Positions 14,108 to 24,280 of a stretch of 64,000 nucleotides of DNA are shown here, in pieces. The DNA comes from Gammaproteobacteria bacterium (lineage in GTDB: Bacteria > Pseudomonadota > Gammaproteobacteria > Natronospirales > DASSBR01). The notes under the pieces were generated by a model. That model was given only the letters and a program-made list of their open reading frames with translations, was not told where the DNA came from and searched no databases. Made by a program: the position numbers and the translations under genes. Location of the stretch: positions 4,490 to 68,489 of the forward strand of contig DASSBR010000031.1 of the NCBI GenBank assembly GCA_035698525.1, written 5' to 3'. How positions within the stretch are numbered: the stretch's first letter is position 1; every line of letters starts with the position of its first letter.

Positions 14108-15670
14108 ATGAGAAATCCAATCCGCCGCGCACTGATCAGCGTCTCCGATAAAACCGGCGTCGCCGATTTCGCCGGCGCGCTCGCCGCGCGCGGCGTCGAG
14201 ATTTTATCCACGGGCGGCACGGCAAAGCTGTTGCGTGATGCCGGCGTCGAGGTCGTCGATGTCGCCGACCACACGGGCTTTCCGGAGATCATGGCCGGGC
14301 GCGTCAAGACGCTGCACCCGAAAATTCACGGGGGCCTGCTCGGTCGGCGCGGCGTCGATGATGGCGTGATGGCCGAACACGACATTGCGCCAATCGACCT
14401 CCTGGTCGTCAACCTGTATCCGTTCGCGGCCACCGTAGCGAACCCGGATTGTACGTTCGACGACGCCATCGAGAATATCGATATCGGCGGGCCGGCGATG
14501 TTGCGCGCCGCCGCGAAGAATTTTACCGCGGTCACGGTCGTGGTGGACGACGCGGACTACGCGCGTGTGCTGGAGTCAATGGCAGGGAACGATGGCGCGG
14601 TCGATGAGGCACTGCGCTTTGAACTCGCGGCGAAAACGTTCGCGCATACCGCCGGCTATGACGCGGCGGTTGCGAACTGGCTCGGCACGCACGCGCCGGG
14701 CGACGCCGGAAAATTATTCCCCGATCGCTACACGGTTCAGTTCGAGAAAGTGGCCGACATGCGTTACGGCGAAAATCCGCATCAGCAGGCCGCATTCTAT
14801 CGTGACGGGTCCGGCGGCGGCATCGCGGACGCGCGCCTCGCCCAGGGCAAGCCGCTGTCATTCAACAATGTCGCCGATGCCGACGCGGCGCTGGCGTGCG
14901 TGCGCTGTTTCGACAAGCCCGCATGCGTCATCGTCAAGCATGGCAATCCGTGCGGCGTCGCGACGGCGGAGACGCCGCGGATCGCCTATGAGCGCGCCTT
15001 CGCGACGGATCCGACTTCTTCCTTCGGCGGCATCATTGCGTTCAACCGGGAGGTCGGCGAGTCGACTGCGGCAGCCATCGTCGAACAGCAGTTCTTTGAG
15101 GTTCTGATCGCGCCGGCGGTGACGGATGCCGCGCTGGCCGTGCTGGCAAAACGCAAGAATGTTCGCGTACTGCTGGCCGGCGATCCGGCTGCGCCGGATG
15201 GCGAAGCATACGATTACAAGCGCGTCGCCGGCGGCTTGCTGGTGCAGCAGGCGGATCGCGGCACGGTCGGCGGCGACGATCTCAAGGTGGTGACACGGCG
15301 TTCGCCGGACGATCAGGAAATCTGCGACCTGCTCTTCGCCTGGAAGGTGGTCAAGTTCGTCAAGTCGAACGCCATCGTCTACTGCCGCGATGCACAGACG
15401 ATCGGTATCGGCGCGGGCCAGATGAGTCGCGTCGACAGCGCGTCGATCGCGGCGCAAAAAGCCGCCGCCGCCCGGCTCGACATTCGCGGCGCGGTGATGG
15501 CATCCGATGCGTTTTTTCCGTTTCGCGACAACATCGACGTGGCCGCCGATGCGGGCATCACCGCGATCATTCAACCGGGCGGCTCAATGCGCGATGAAGA
15601 AGTGATTGGAGCGGCGGACGAGCATCGCATTGCGATGGTATTTACCGGCATGCGCCATTTTCGGCATTGA
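14108..15670 (+). CDS. purH: Bifunctional AICAR transformylase / IMP cyclohydrolase
   Basis: The N-terminus [12 protein letters not shown] and the full-length sequence read as PurH. The ATG at 14108 is preferred; the track's GTG at 14102 adds 2 codons. Confidence 0.97.
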   Translation: MRNPIRRALISVSDKTGVADFAGALAARGVEILSTGGTAKLLRDAGVEVVDVADHTGFPEIMAGRVKTLHPKIHGGLLGRRGVDDGVMAEHDIAPIDLLVVNLYPFAATVANPDCTFDDAIENIDIGGPAMLRAAAKNFTAVTVVVDDADYARVLESMAGNDGAVDEALRFELAAKTFAHTAGYDAAVANWLGTHAPGDAGKLFPDRYTVQFEKVADMRYGENPHQQAAFYRDGSGGGIADARLAQGKPLSFNNVADADAALACVRCFDKPACVIVKHGNPCGVATAETPRIAYERAFATDPTSSFGGIIAFNREVGESTAAAIVEQQFFEVLIAPAVTDAALAVLAKRKNVRVLLAGDPAAPDGEAYDYKRVAGGLLVQQADRGTVGGDDLKVVTRRSPDDQEICDLLFAWKVVKFVKSNAIVYCRDAQTIGIGAGQMSRVDSASIAAQKAAAARLDIRGAVMASDAFFPFRDNIDVAADAGITAIIQPGGSMRDEEVIGAADEHRIAMVFTGMRHFRH

Positions 15671-15703
15671 TGGGAAGCCGCCGGGGCTGAGGCTCAAAGA
15701 ACA

Positions 15704-17002
15704 ATGAAAGTTTTAGTTGTTGGCGGAGGCGGGCGCGAGCACGCGCTGGCCTGGAAGATTGCCCAATCGCCACGCGCCGAGCATGTCTTTATCGCACCGG
15801 GCAATGCCGGTACGACAACCGAGCCAAAATGTGAAAACGTCGCAATTGCTGCCGATGACATCGGCGGGCTGATTTCCTTCGTCCAGGAACGGCAGATCGA
15901 CCTGACGATCATCGGCCCTGAAGCACCGCTGGTGGCCGGCATTGCCGACTGCTTCGACGCCGCCGGCCTCGCCTGCTTCGGACCCTCCGCCGCCGCCGCG
16001 CAACTGGAAGGGTCCAAGGCCTTTGCGAAGGCTTTTATGGAACGGCATGGCATTCCCACGGCCGGTCACCGCACGTTTACCGAAGTCGAGCCCGCGCTGA
16101 CGTATGTGAACGAACTCGGCGCACCGGTCGTCGTCAAGGCGGATGGGCTCGCCGCCGGCAAGGGCGTAATCGTCGCCGATACGATTGAAGATGCCGAAGC
16201 CGCCGTGCGCGATATGCTCGCCGGCAACGCGTTCGGCGAAGCCGGACATCGGGTGGTGGTTGAAGAATTCCTGGCGGGCGAGGAAGCAAGCTTCATCGTC
16301 ATGACCGACGGCGAGAATGTACTGCCGCTCGCGACATCGCAGGATCACAAGCGCCGCGATGACGGCGACCGCGGACCGAATACGGGTGGCATGGGCGCGT
16401 ATTCGCCAGCCCCTGTAATCACCCCGGCAGTCGAACAACGTGTGCTCAGTGAAATCGTTCTGCCCACCGTGCGCGGCCTCGCGGCCGAAGGGATTTGTTA
16501 TCGCGGCTTCCTGTACGCCGGCCTGATGATCGCTGCCGACGGCTCGCCAAGCGTGGTGGAGTTCAACTGCCGCCTTGGCGACCCTGAGACGCAGCCGATC
16601 CTGATGCGGTTGAAAAGCGATCTGTTGGAACTGTGCGAAGCCGCGCGGGCCACCATGCTGGATACCGTCCAGGCGGATTGGGACCCGCGCCCGGCGCTCG
16701 GCGTGGTGATGGCCGCCGGCGGCTACCCCGGCAGCTACGGCAAGGGGTGCCCCATCAGCGGCCTCGATTCCATTACCGATGATGCGGTAAAAGTCTTCCA
16801 GGCCGGCACGGCGCTGCGGGACAATCATGTCGTGACCTCCGGCGGCCGAGTGCTGTGCGTGACGGCATTGGGCGATAACATAGCCGCCGCCCAGCGCCGC
16901 GCATACAAGGCAGTCGATAAAATCAGCTGGCGGGATTCGTTTTATCGCCGCGACATCGGCCACCGCGCAGCGACCGGGGAAGATTCGGGCGAGAACGAAT
17001 GA
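15704..17002 (+). CDS. purD: Phosphoribosylamine--glycine ligase
   Basis: MKVLVVGGGGREHALAWK... with an ATP-grasp domain, 432 aa, in purH-purD order. Confidence 0.97.
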   Translation: MKVLVVGGGGREHALAWKIAQSPRAEHVFIAPGNAGTTTEPKCENVAIAADDIGGLISFVQERQIDLTIIGPEAPLVAGIADCFDAAGLACFGPSAAAAQLEGSKAFAKAFMERHGIPTAGHRTFTEVEPALTYVNELGAPVVVKADGLAAGKGVIVADTIEDAEAAVRDMLAGNAFGEAGHRVVVEEFLAGEEASFIVMTDGENVLPLATSQDHKRRDDGDRGPNTGGMGAYSPAPVITPAVEQRVLSEIVLPTVRGLAAEGICYRGFLYAGLMIAADGSPSVVEFNCRLGDPETQPILMRLKSDLLELCEAARATMLDTVQADWDPRPALGVVMAAGGYPGSYGKGCPISGLDSITDDAVKVFQAGTALRDNHVVTSGGRVLCVTALGDNIAAAQRRAYKAVDKISWRDSFYRRDIGHRAATGEDSGENE

Positions 17003-17808
17003 ATATCACACGCCAGGTCCAACTGCATCAACTTGAGATGCTGAAGTGTCTGGCAAGCATATTTGACGCGGAAGGCATCACGTACTTTGCGATCGGAGGC
17101 ACCGCCCTGGGGGCGGTACGGCATGAAGGCTTTATTCCGTGGGACGACGACATCGATCTTGCCATGCCGCGGGATGACTACGAACGGTTCCTCAAGCTGC
17201 AGGACCGGCTTCCAGTCAACCTGATCATCCAGAACTTTCGCACACAGAACGAGTATCCGCTCTACTTTTCCAAGGTCAGAGACATCCACACCCGCTACGT
17301 CGAGAAGCGACTGGGCAAATATGACATTGCTCACGGGGTATTTATAGATATATTTCCGTGGGACGCGGTTGGCGATGCTACCGCAATGAGGCGAATCGTC
17401 AAGAGAAACGAGCATCGCTTCAAACGCTCGATTGTGCCGTCGAACAAGGGAATTCCGGCGAAAATAAAGGCGTACTTTTATCGTGCCCTTTATGGCTTTA
17501 AATCACCCGCCACGCTCTTTGAGCGCCTGGATGAAAGCTGCCGGTGCTGTAACGGACAGGAGACAGGCCGCATCGGAAACCTGTGCTACGACGACATAAT
17601 AGCGACCGGGGACCTGCTGCCGCTGGAACGATGGAAATTCGAAGATACGATGATCTGGCTGCCCGGGAAAGTGCGCAAGTATTTGTCCGACAAATACGGC
17701 GACTACATGAGAATTCCGGACGAGAAGGACAGGATTACCCACAATCCGATCGAGGTAGCCATTCCTGCGGATACGCCGTCGAACGCACACCTTCGCCGGC
17801 AAGCTTGA
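16999..17808 (+). CDS. LicD-family (phosphocholine/phospho-alditol) transferase
   Basis: LicD N-terminal signature LKCLASIFDAEGITYFAIGGTALGAVRHEGFIPWDDDIDLAMPRDDY. The start overlaps the purD stop as ATGA. The gene is visibly AT-richer than its flanks. Confidence 0.8.
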   Translation: MNITRQVQLHQLEMLKCLASIFDAEGITYFAIGGTALGAVRHEGFIPWDDDIDLAMPRDDYERFLKLQDRLPVNLIIQNFRTQNEYPLYFSKVRDIHTRYVEKRLGKYDIAHGVFIDIFPWDAVGDATAMRRIVKRNEHRFKRSIVPSNKGIPAKIKAYFYRALYGFKSPATLFERLDESCRCCNGQETGRIGNLCYDDIIATGDLLPLERWKFEDTMIWLPGKVRKYLSDKYGDYMRIPDEKDRITHNPIEVAIPADTPSNAHLRRQA

Positions 17809-17827
17809 TCTCTGCTTCGCTTTTGCT

Positions 17828-19084
17828 CTACCGCTTCATCGAATCAAAAAACTCGGCATTGGTCTTGGTGTCTTTCATCTTGCCGAGAAGGAATTCAATT
17901 GCGGCGATTTCGTCCATCGGATGCAGCAGCTTGCGCAGGATCCATATCTTCTGCAGATCATCCTGCGAGATGAGCAGTTCTTCCTTGCGGGTGCCGGAGC
18001 GGTTGATGTTGATCGCCGGGAAGATGCGCTTCTCGGCAATCCGCCGATCCAGATGCACTTCCATGTTGCCGGTGCCCTTGAACTCTTCGTAGATCACGTC
18101 GTCCATGCGCGAGCCGGTTTCGACCAGCGCGGTGGCGAGAATAGTCAGGCTGCCGCCTTCTTCGATGTTGCGTGCGGCGCCGAAGAATCGCTTCGGCCGC
18201 TGCAACGCGTTGGCATCCACGCCGCCCGTCAACACCTTGCCGGACGACGGCACGACGGTGTTGTAAGCGCGCGCGAGACGCGTAATCGAATCGAGCAGAA
18301 TCACGACGTCGTGCTTGTGCTCAACCAGGCGCTTGGCCTTTTCGATCACCATCTCCGCAACCTGGACGTGGCGGCTGGCAGGCTCGTCGAACGTACTCGA
18401 CACGACCTCGCCGCGCACCGAACGCGCCATTTCGGTCACCTCTTCCGGCCGCTCGTCGATCAGCAGCACGATCAGGTACACCTCGGGATGATTGTTGGTA
18501 ATCGACTGGGCGATATTCTGCAGCATCATCGTCTTGCCGGCTTTCGGCGGCGACACGATCAGACCGCGCTGGCCCTTGCCGACCGGCGAGACCATGTCGA
18601 TGATGCGCGCGGTAATGTCCTCGGTGCTGCCGTTGCCGGCTTCCATCCCGAGTTTCTCCTTCGGGAACAGCGGCGTCAGGTTCTCGAACAGCACCTTGCG
18701 CTTGGTGGCATCCGGCGAGTCGTGGTTGATCTTGCTGACTTTCAGCAGCGCGAAGTAACGTTCGCTGTCCTTCGGCGGCCGGATGCGCCCCTCGACCGTG
18801 TCTCCGGTGCGCAAATTGAAGCGACGGATCTGGCTCGGCGAGACGTAAATGTCGTCGGGGCCGGCGAGATACGAGCCTTCGGCGGAACGCAGAAAGCCGA
18901 AGCCGTCCTGCAGGATTTCCAGCACGCCATCACCATAAATTTCCTCGCCGCGCTTGGCGTGCGCTTTCAGGATCGAAAAGATGACATCCTGCTTTCGGGA
19001 TCGAGCCGCACCCTCGATGTTCATCGATTGGGCAAGCTCCATCAGTTGCGCGGCAGGCTGCTGCTTCAGTTCAGTCAGGTTCAT
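17828..19084 (-). CDS. rho: Transcription termination factor Rho
   Basis: 418 aa with the N-terminal MNLTELK... segment, an RNA-binding domain and the Walker A context [14 protein letters not shown]. Confidence 0.98.
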   Translation of the reverse strand: MNLTELKQQPAAQLMELAQSMNIEGAARSRKQDVIFSILKAHAKRGEEIYGDGVLEILQDGFGFLRSAEGSYLAGPDDIYVSPSQIRRFNLRTGDTVEGRIRPPKDSERYFALLKVSKINHDSPDATKRKVLFENLTPLFPKEKLGMEAGNGSTEDITARIIDMVSPVGKGQRGLIVSPPKAGKTMMLQNIAQSITNNHPEVYLIVLLIDERPEEVTEMARSVRGEVVSSTFDEPASRHVQVAEMVIEKAKRLVEHKHDVVILLDSITRLARAYNTVVPSSGKVLTGGVDANALQRPKRFFGAARNIEEGGSLTILATALVETGSRMDDVIYEEFKGTGNMEVHLDRRIAEKRIFPAININRSGTRKEELLISQDDLQKIWILRKLLHPMDEIAAIEFLLGKMKDTKTNAEFFDSMKR

Positions 19085-19147
19085 TGAATGAGATTCTCAA
19101 AAGGACTATCGGGAAGGTTCGGGACCGCTTGTTGTGGTTATAGTCGG

Positions 19148-19177
19148 GACCCGCGGCTTGCGGCGAAGCCGCGGGTC
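19148..19177 (-). other. Perfect 12-bp GC-rich hairpin in the trxA-rho intergenic region (rho leader); no U-tract
   Basis: gacccgcggctt-gcggcg-aagccgcgggtc. A second, weaker hairpin lies at about 19188-19209 (gcccgc...gcgggc). Neither is followed by a T-run on either strand. Confidence 0.4.
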
Positions 19178-19219
19178 GCTGAACAGGGCCCGCCGCTTGC
19201 GCCGCGGGCATTTCATTCG

Positions 19220-19546
19220 TCAAAGGTTTGTGTCCAGGAAAGCCGTCAGTTGCGATTTCGACAGCGCGCCCACTTTCTGCGCATGCACGTCGCCGTTCTT
19301 GAACAGCATCAATGTCGGAATACCGCGGATACCATACTTGGGCGCGGTTTGCGGATTCTCGTCGATATTGAGTTTGACGATTTTCAGCTTGTCGACATAA
19401 TCGGGCGCGACTTCGTCGAGAATCGGCGCGATCATCTTGCAGGGCCCGCACCACTCGGCCCAATAATCGACCAGTACGGGCTTGTCGGCTTTGAGAACGT
19501 CGCTCTCAAAACCGGCATCGCTGGTATGCGAAATGTGTTCACTCAC
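19220..19546 (-). CDS. trxA: Thioredoxin
   Basis: Active site WCGPC ([13 protein letters not shown]). The start is taken as the GTG at 19546-19544 ((M)[12 protein letters not shown]...), matching the canonical length of about 108 aa. Confidence 0.95.
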   Translation of the reverse strand: MSEHISHTSDAGFESDVLKADKPVLVDYWAEWCGPCKMIAPILDEVAPDYVDKLKIVKLNIDENPQTAPKYGIRGIPTLMLFKNGDVHAQKVGALSKSQLTAFLDTNL

Positions 19547-19803
19547 GATACATGACCTCCTGCGGAGCATCGAGCAAAAAAGGTATCAGTTAAATATGAC
19601 GTGACCGGCCCAATCGGGCACAATAAGCGTTGGAAATCGAGAATTGATGAGGCGGTCACCCCGCGCGACGCGGGCAGACTGTCAGAATTTCCCTGTATTT
19701 GAGCCTAAATCCACCGGGATTGCAAGTACGCCGGAAAAGATTTTTTGGGCCGCCTGCTGGACGGATTTTTACCACCCGTCCATTCAACATTATTAGAGCA
19801 TAT

Positions 19804-21054
19804 ATGACTGAACTATTCAGCAACAAGACTTTCGACGATCTGCCCCTCGCGGAGCCGCTGAAACGCGCCACGCGCGACATCGGCTTCGAGTACTGTACGC
19901 CAATCCAGGCCGCGTGCCTGCCGATCGCACTGGAAGGCCGCGATGTTGCCGGCCAGGCGCAAACCGGCACCGGCAAGACCGCCGCGTTTCTTCTCGCACT
20001 GTTTGATCGGCTGCTGACCAGACCCGTTGCCGACGACCACCAGGCTACCCAGCCGCGCGCGCTCGTCGTTGCGCCGACGCGCGAGCTGGCGGTGCAGATT
20101 TACAAGGACGCGGTCGCCCTCGGCGCGCACGCCGGCCTCAGGCTGGGCCTCGTCTACGGCGGCGCGGGCTATGACCAGCAGCGCGAGATGCTGCGCGAGG
20201 GCGTCGATATTCTGATCGGCACGCCGGGGCGCCTGATCGACTATCACAAGCAGCACATTTACGACCTGCGCGGACTCGACGTGACGGTGCTCGATGAAGC
20301 CGACCGGATGTTCGACATGGGCTTCATCAAGGACATCCGCTACCTGCTCAGGCGCATGCCGCATCCGGAAAAGCGCCTCAGCATGCTGTTTTCGGCGACG
20401 CTGTCGCACCGCGTGCTGGAACTGGCCTACGAGCACATGAACAATCCGGAATTGATCCGCGTCGACCCCGAGCAGATGACGGTCGAGAAAATCCGCCAGG
20501 TCGTCTACATGCCGGCGATGTCGGAAAAGATTGCGCTCCTGATCGGCCTGCTGAAACAGCACGAGCCGAACCGGACCATGGTGTTCGTCAATACCAAGCG
20601 CGCGGCGGATCGGGTGATGGCTTATCTGCAGGGCAATGGCATTAATGCCAGTGTGCTGTCTGGCGACGTGCCGCAAAAGAAACGCCTGCAACTGCTGCAG
20701 CAGTTCAAGGACGGCGAACTGCCGGTGCTGGTAACGACGGACGTGGCTTCCCGGGGGCTGCATATCCCCGACGTGACGCACGTGTTCAATTACGATCTGC
20801 CGCAGGATCCGGAAGATTACGTCCACCGCATCGGCCGCACGGCGCGCGCCGGCGCGGAAGGCGACGCGATCAGTTTCGCGTGCGAGGACTACGCCTATTC
20901 TCTGCCCGAAATCGAAAGTTACATTGGCGAGACGCTGCCCAAGGAAATGTCGCACGAACACCTGCTGGCCGACGTTGCGCCGCCGGCTAAACTGCGCGAG
21001 CGGCGGCCACGCCAGGGCCCGGGGCGCGGCGGCCGGCGACGAAGCAAAGCCTGA
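19804..21054 (+). CDS. rhlB: ATP-dependent RNA helicase RhlB (DEAD-box)
   Basis: Q motif, Walker A AQTGTGKT, the DEAD motif ([13 protein letters not shown]), SAT and [10 protein letters not shown]. It is divergent from trxA-rho, as in enteric gammaproteobacteria. Start at [10 protein letters not shown] (ATG 19804). Confidence 0.9.
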   Translation: MTELFSNKTFDDLPLAEPLKRATRDIGFEYCTPIQAACLPIALEGRDVAGQAQTGTGKTAAFLLALFDRLLTRPVADDHQATQPRALVVAPTRELAVQIYKDAVALGAHAGLRLGLVYGGAGYDQQREMLREGVDILIGTPGRLIDYHKQHIYDLRGLDVTVLDEADRMFDMGFIKDIRYLLRRMPHPEKRLSMLFSATLSHRVLELAYEHMNNPELIRVDPEQMTVEKIRQVVYMPAMSEKIALLIGLLKQHEPNRTMVFVNTKRAADRVMAYLQGNGINASVLSGDVPQKKRLQLLQQFKDGELPVLVTTDVASRGLHIPDVTHVFNYDLPQDPEDYVHRIGRTARAGAEGDAISFACEDYAYSLPEIESYIGETLPKEMSHEHLLADVAPPAKLRERRPRQGPGRGGRRRSKA

Positions 21055-21120
21055 CTTGTACAGAAATCGTCAGTAAAGGTATCGTTAATAATCACAACTC
21101 CAGGAAGGAGGACAATCAAA

Positions 21121-21531
21121 ATGGATATCTTCGGAAAACTGCCGGCCAGCGCCGCATTAATGCTGATCGTCGCGGCCTGCGCCTCCGCGCCGCCTCCGGC
21201 GCTCCCCACTTCAGCGCTCGCCGATGCGCAGACCGCCATCACCCAGGCGGAACAGGCGAACGCCGACCGCTACGCACCGGTCGCTCTCGACAACGCACGC
21301 GACAAGCTCGATGCAGCCGAGCGCGCGCTGGGGCCGGATCGCGATAACGAGGATCAGTACAACGACGCGCGGCGCCTCGCGGAAGAAGCGGCGGCCGATG
21401 CGCAGTTCGCCCGCGCCCAGGCGCTCGCGAAACAGGCCGAACTGCATGCCAGCGCGGCCGCGCAACGCGCGTCCGACACGCCGCCACCCACGCCGCAGCC
21501 GTTGACGCCGCCACCGGGAGGTGCGTCATGA
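21121..21531 (+). CDS. DUF4398-type lipoprotein
   Basis: Lipobox LIVAAC, then ALADAQTAITQAEQANADRYAPVALDNARDKLDAAERAL, which reads as a DUF4398-like helical repeat. A strong ribosome-binding site AGGAAGGAGG lies upstream. Confidence 0.7.
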   Translation: MDIFGKLPASAALMLIVAACASAPPPALPTSALADAQTAITQAEQANADRYAPVALDNARDKLDAAERALGPDRDNEDQYNDARRLAEEAAADAQFARAQALAKQAELHASAAAQRASDTPPPTPQPLTPPPGGAS

Positions 21532-22421
21532 AAATCCGCATCTTTATCGCCATTGCCCTCGCCTCGCTGCTGGCCGCCTGCGCCACTCCGCAACAATATC
21601 CGCGGCTCGAACGAGCCCGCGCAGAGGTGCAAAAGGCCCAGATGAATCCGATCGTGGCGCAATACGCGCCGTCGGCTCTCGCCCAGGCGCAGGATGCGCT
21701 GGCGCGGGCCGAGGCAAGCCTGTCGGCCGATCGGCCGGTGCAGACTGAGCATCTGGCCTACCTGGCCGAGCGGCGCGCGCAGATTGCGGTCCTGACGGCA
21801 CGCACGGGACAGGCTCAGGAAATCGCCAAGGAAGCGAACATTGAACAGCGGCAATCGCTGGAAAGCCAGGCCAGCAGCGCCCATCAGCAAGCGGCGCAGG
21901 CACAGGTCCAGGCGCAGACAGCGCGCCAGCAGGCCGACGTTGCGCAGGCGCAGGCGGTCGAAGCCCGCGCTCAAGCCGCCCAGGCTCATGCGGAGGCGCG
22001 CCAAACCCGCTCGGAACTGCAGCAACTGCAGACAAAGCTCGCCAATCTCCACCCGAAAAAAACGCCACAAGGCATCGTGCTGACGCTCGGGGACGTGCTG
22101 TTCGACTTCGACAAGTCCGACCTGAAACCCAGTGCCAATCCGACCCTGAACGAGCTGGCGCAGTTTCTGAACAATCATCCCGACGCCCAGGTGGTAATCA
22201 ACGGCTACACCGACAGCGTGGGCAGCGAAACGTACAACCAGCGCCTGTCCGAGGCGCGTGCCGAATCGGTCGCCGGCGCGCTGGAGCAGCGCGGAATCAG
22301 CAGTGCGCGGATGACGACGCATGGCTTTGGCGAATCGAATCCGATTGCGACGAATGCGACGAATGAAGGCCGCACGAAGAATCGCCGTGTCGAGTTTGTT
22401 ATCAAAAACCTTCAGGGATAG
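21528..22421 (+). CDS. OmpA-family peptidoglycan-binding lipoprotein with an N-terminal DUF4398-like domain and an AQ-rich coiled coil
   Basis: Lipobox LLAAC. The C-terminal OmpA_C motifs are present: NGYTDSVGSETYNQRLSEARAESV...NRRVEFVI. The start overlaps the stop of the previous gene (ATGA). Confidence 0.85.
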   Translation: MKIRIFIAIALASLLAACATPQQYPRLERARAEVQKAQMNPIVAQYAPSALAQAQDALARAEASLSADRPVQTEHLAYLAERRAQIAVLTARTGQAQEIAKEANIEQRQSLESQASSAHQQAAQAQVQAQTARQQADVAQAQAVEARAQAAQAHAEARQTRSELQQLQTKLANLHPKKTPQGIVLTLGDVLFDFDKSDLKPSANPTLNELAQFLNNHPDAQVVINGYTDSVGSETYNQRLSEARAESVAGALEQRGISSARMTTHGFGESNPIATNATNEGRTKNRRVEFVIKNLQG

Positions 22422-22504
22422 TCGCGCTTCGCGATAACAGGGACAGGTAAGAAGGCAGCGCAATCCGTATAATCCCCCGCAAGTAACGAATACGCGGGAC
22501 AACA

Positions 22505-24280
22505 ATGACGGTTGATGCCTGGATAGCGGTCGCGGTCACCATCGGCTGCCTGGGGATGCTCGCGCTGACGCGCATTGCAGCGGACCTGATCATGATCGCG
22601 GGGCTGACGGTGCTGTTGGCGCTCGGGGTGCTGTCGCCTGCCAAGGCGCTGGCCGGGTTCGCCAATCAAGGCGTGCTGGCGATTGCCGCGCTGTACGTCG
22701 TTGCCGCGGGCCTCAAGGAAACCGGCGCCGTGAATGTGCTGATCCGTTACGTCTTCGGCCGGCCCTCGAACGTGACGATCGCGCAGCTTCGCATGATGCT
22801 GCCGGTGACGTTCCTCAGCGCGTTCATGAACAACACCCCCGTCGTCGCGACATTTCTACCGGCGGTGCAGGACTGGGCCAAGCGCCAGCAGATGTCGCTG
22901 TCGAAGCTGATGATCCCGCTCAGCTACGCGGCGATTCTCGGCGGTACCTGCACACTGATCGGCACGAGCACCAACCTCGTCGTCGACGGGCTACTGATTT
23001 CGCAGGCGCACCAGCCGGGTTTCGGTTTCTTCGAACTGACCGCCATCGGTATTCCTTACGCCATTGTAGGCATCAGCTATGTGCTGCTGTTCGGCCGCTG
23101 GCGCCTGCCCGAGCGGGTGCCGGCGATGCAGAACCTGCAGGATCCCCGCGAATACACGGTCGAGATGCTGGTCGATGCAGGGAGTCCGCTGGCGGGCATG
23201 ACGGTTCAGGAAGCCGGATTGCGACAACTGCCGGGCCTGTTTCTGATCGAAATCGATCGCGATGGGCACGTTGTGCCGGCCGCCGGTCCGAGCGAGCGCC
23301 TGCAGGACGGCGATCGGCTGGTCTTCGCGGGTATCACCGAATCTGTCGTCGACTTGCAGCGCATCAAAGGCCTCACGCCGGCGACCGACCAGGTCTTCAA
23401 GCTCAACTCGCCGCGCAGCGCGCGCACCCTGATCGAAGCGGTGATCGCCGGGCAGTCTCCAATGGCCGGCAAAACCGTGCGCGAAGGGGAATTCCGCTCC
23501 CGCTATAACGCGGTCGTCATCGCGGTGGCGCGTAACGGGCAACGCATCCGCCGAAAGATAGGCGACATCGAACTGCGCCCGGGGGATACGCTGCTGCTCG
23601 AAACCACGCCGGATTTCGTCGGCCACCACAGCCGCTCGCGCGATTTCCTGCTGCTGCGGCCGATCGAAGGCTCGGTGTTCCCGCGCCACGAGCGCAGCTG
23701 GCTCGCCTGGCTGATCCTGCTCGGGCTGGTGGTTACCGCGAGCACAGGCGTGCTGAATCTCGTGACCGCCGCGTTCCTCGCGGCCGGTGCGATGGTGGTG
23801 ACCGGCTGCTGCAGTGTCACGGCCGCCCGCCGCAGCATCGAACTGGAAGTGCTGCTCGTCATCGCCGCATCGTTTGGCATCGGTCGGGCACTGCAGGACA
23901 GCGGCGCCGCGGCCGCCTTCGCAACGTCCATCCTCGCTATTGCCGGCGACCGGCCATTGGCGCTGCTGGCGGTCATCTACCTCTTGACGATGGTGCTCAC
24001 CGAGACCGTCACCAATAATGCCGCGGCAATCATCATGTTTCCGTTGGCGCTCGCGACCACAACTGCGCTCGGGCTGGATTTCCGGCCGTTCGCGGTCGCC
24101 ATCGCGATCGCCGCGTCAGCGAGCTTCGCCACGCCGATCGGCTATCAGACCAACTTGATGGTGTATGGTCCCGGCGGCTACCGGTTCGGCGACTACCTGC
24201 GCTTCGGCCTGCCGCTCAATCTGTTGCTCGCGTGTGTGGCACTGGGCTTGATTCCGACGATCTGGCCTTTGACGGGCTAG
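22505..24280 (+). CDS. SLC13/DASS-family anion permease with two central TrkA-C (RCK_C) domains
   Basis: 591 aa. Transmembrane blocks lie at both ends and flank two soluble repeats (YTVEMLVDAGSPLAGMTVQEAGL... and RTLIEAVIAGQSPMAGKTVREGEF...). Confidence 0.85.
   Translation: MTVDAWIAVAVTIGCLGMLALTRIAADLIMIAGLTVLLALGVLSPAKALAGFANQGVLAIAALYVVAAGLKETGAVNVLIRYVFGRPSNVTIAQLRMMLPVTFLSAFMNNTPVVATFLPAVQDWAKRQQMSLSKLMIPLSYAAILGGTCTLIGTSTNLVVDGLLISQAHQPGFGFFELTAIGIPYAIVGISYVLLFGRWRLPERVPAMQNLQDPREYTVEMLVDAGSPLAGMTVQEAGLRQLPGLFLIEIDRDGHVVPAAGPSERLQDGDRLVFAGITESVVDLQRIKGLTPATDQVFKLNSPRSARTLIEAVIAGQSPMAGKTVREGEFRSRYNAVVIAVARNGQRIRRKIGDIELRPGDTLLLETTPDFVGHHSRSRDFLLLRPIEGSVFPRHERSWLAWLILLGLVVTASTGVLNLVTAAFLAAGAMVVTGCCSVTAARRSIELEVLLVIAASFGIGRALQDSGAAAAFATSILAIAGDRPLALLAVIYLLTMVLTETVTNNAAAIIMFPLALATTTALGLDFRPFAVAIAIAASASFATPIGYQTNLMVYGPGGYRFGDYLRFGLPLNLLLACVALGLIPTIWPLTG

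Noticed and set aside
21840-22010. Apparent repetitive DNA in the OmpA-family gene
   Set aside because: It is not a clean tandem DNA repeat. It encodes an Ala/Gln-rich coiled-coil segment within a continuous, well-supported ORF.
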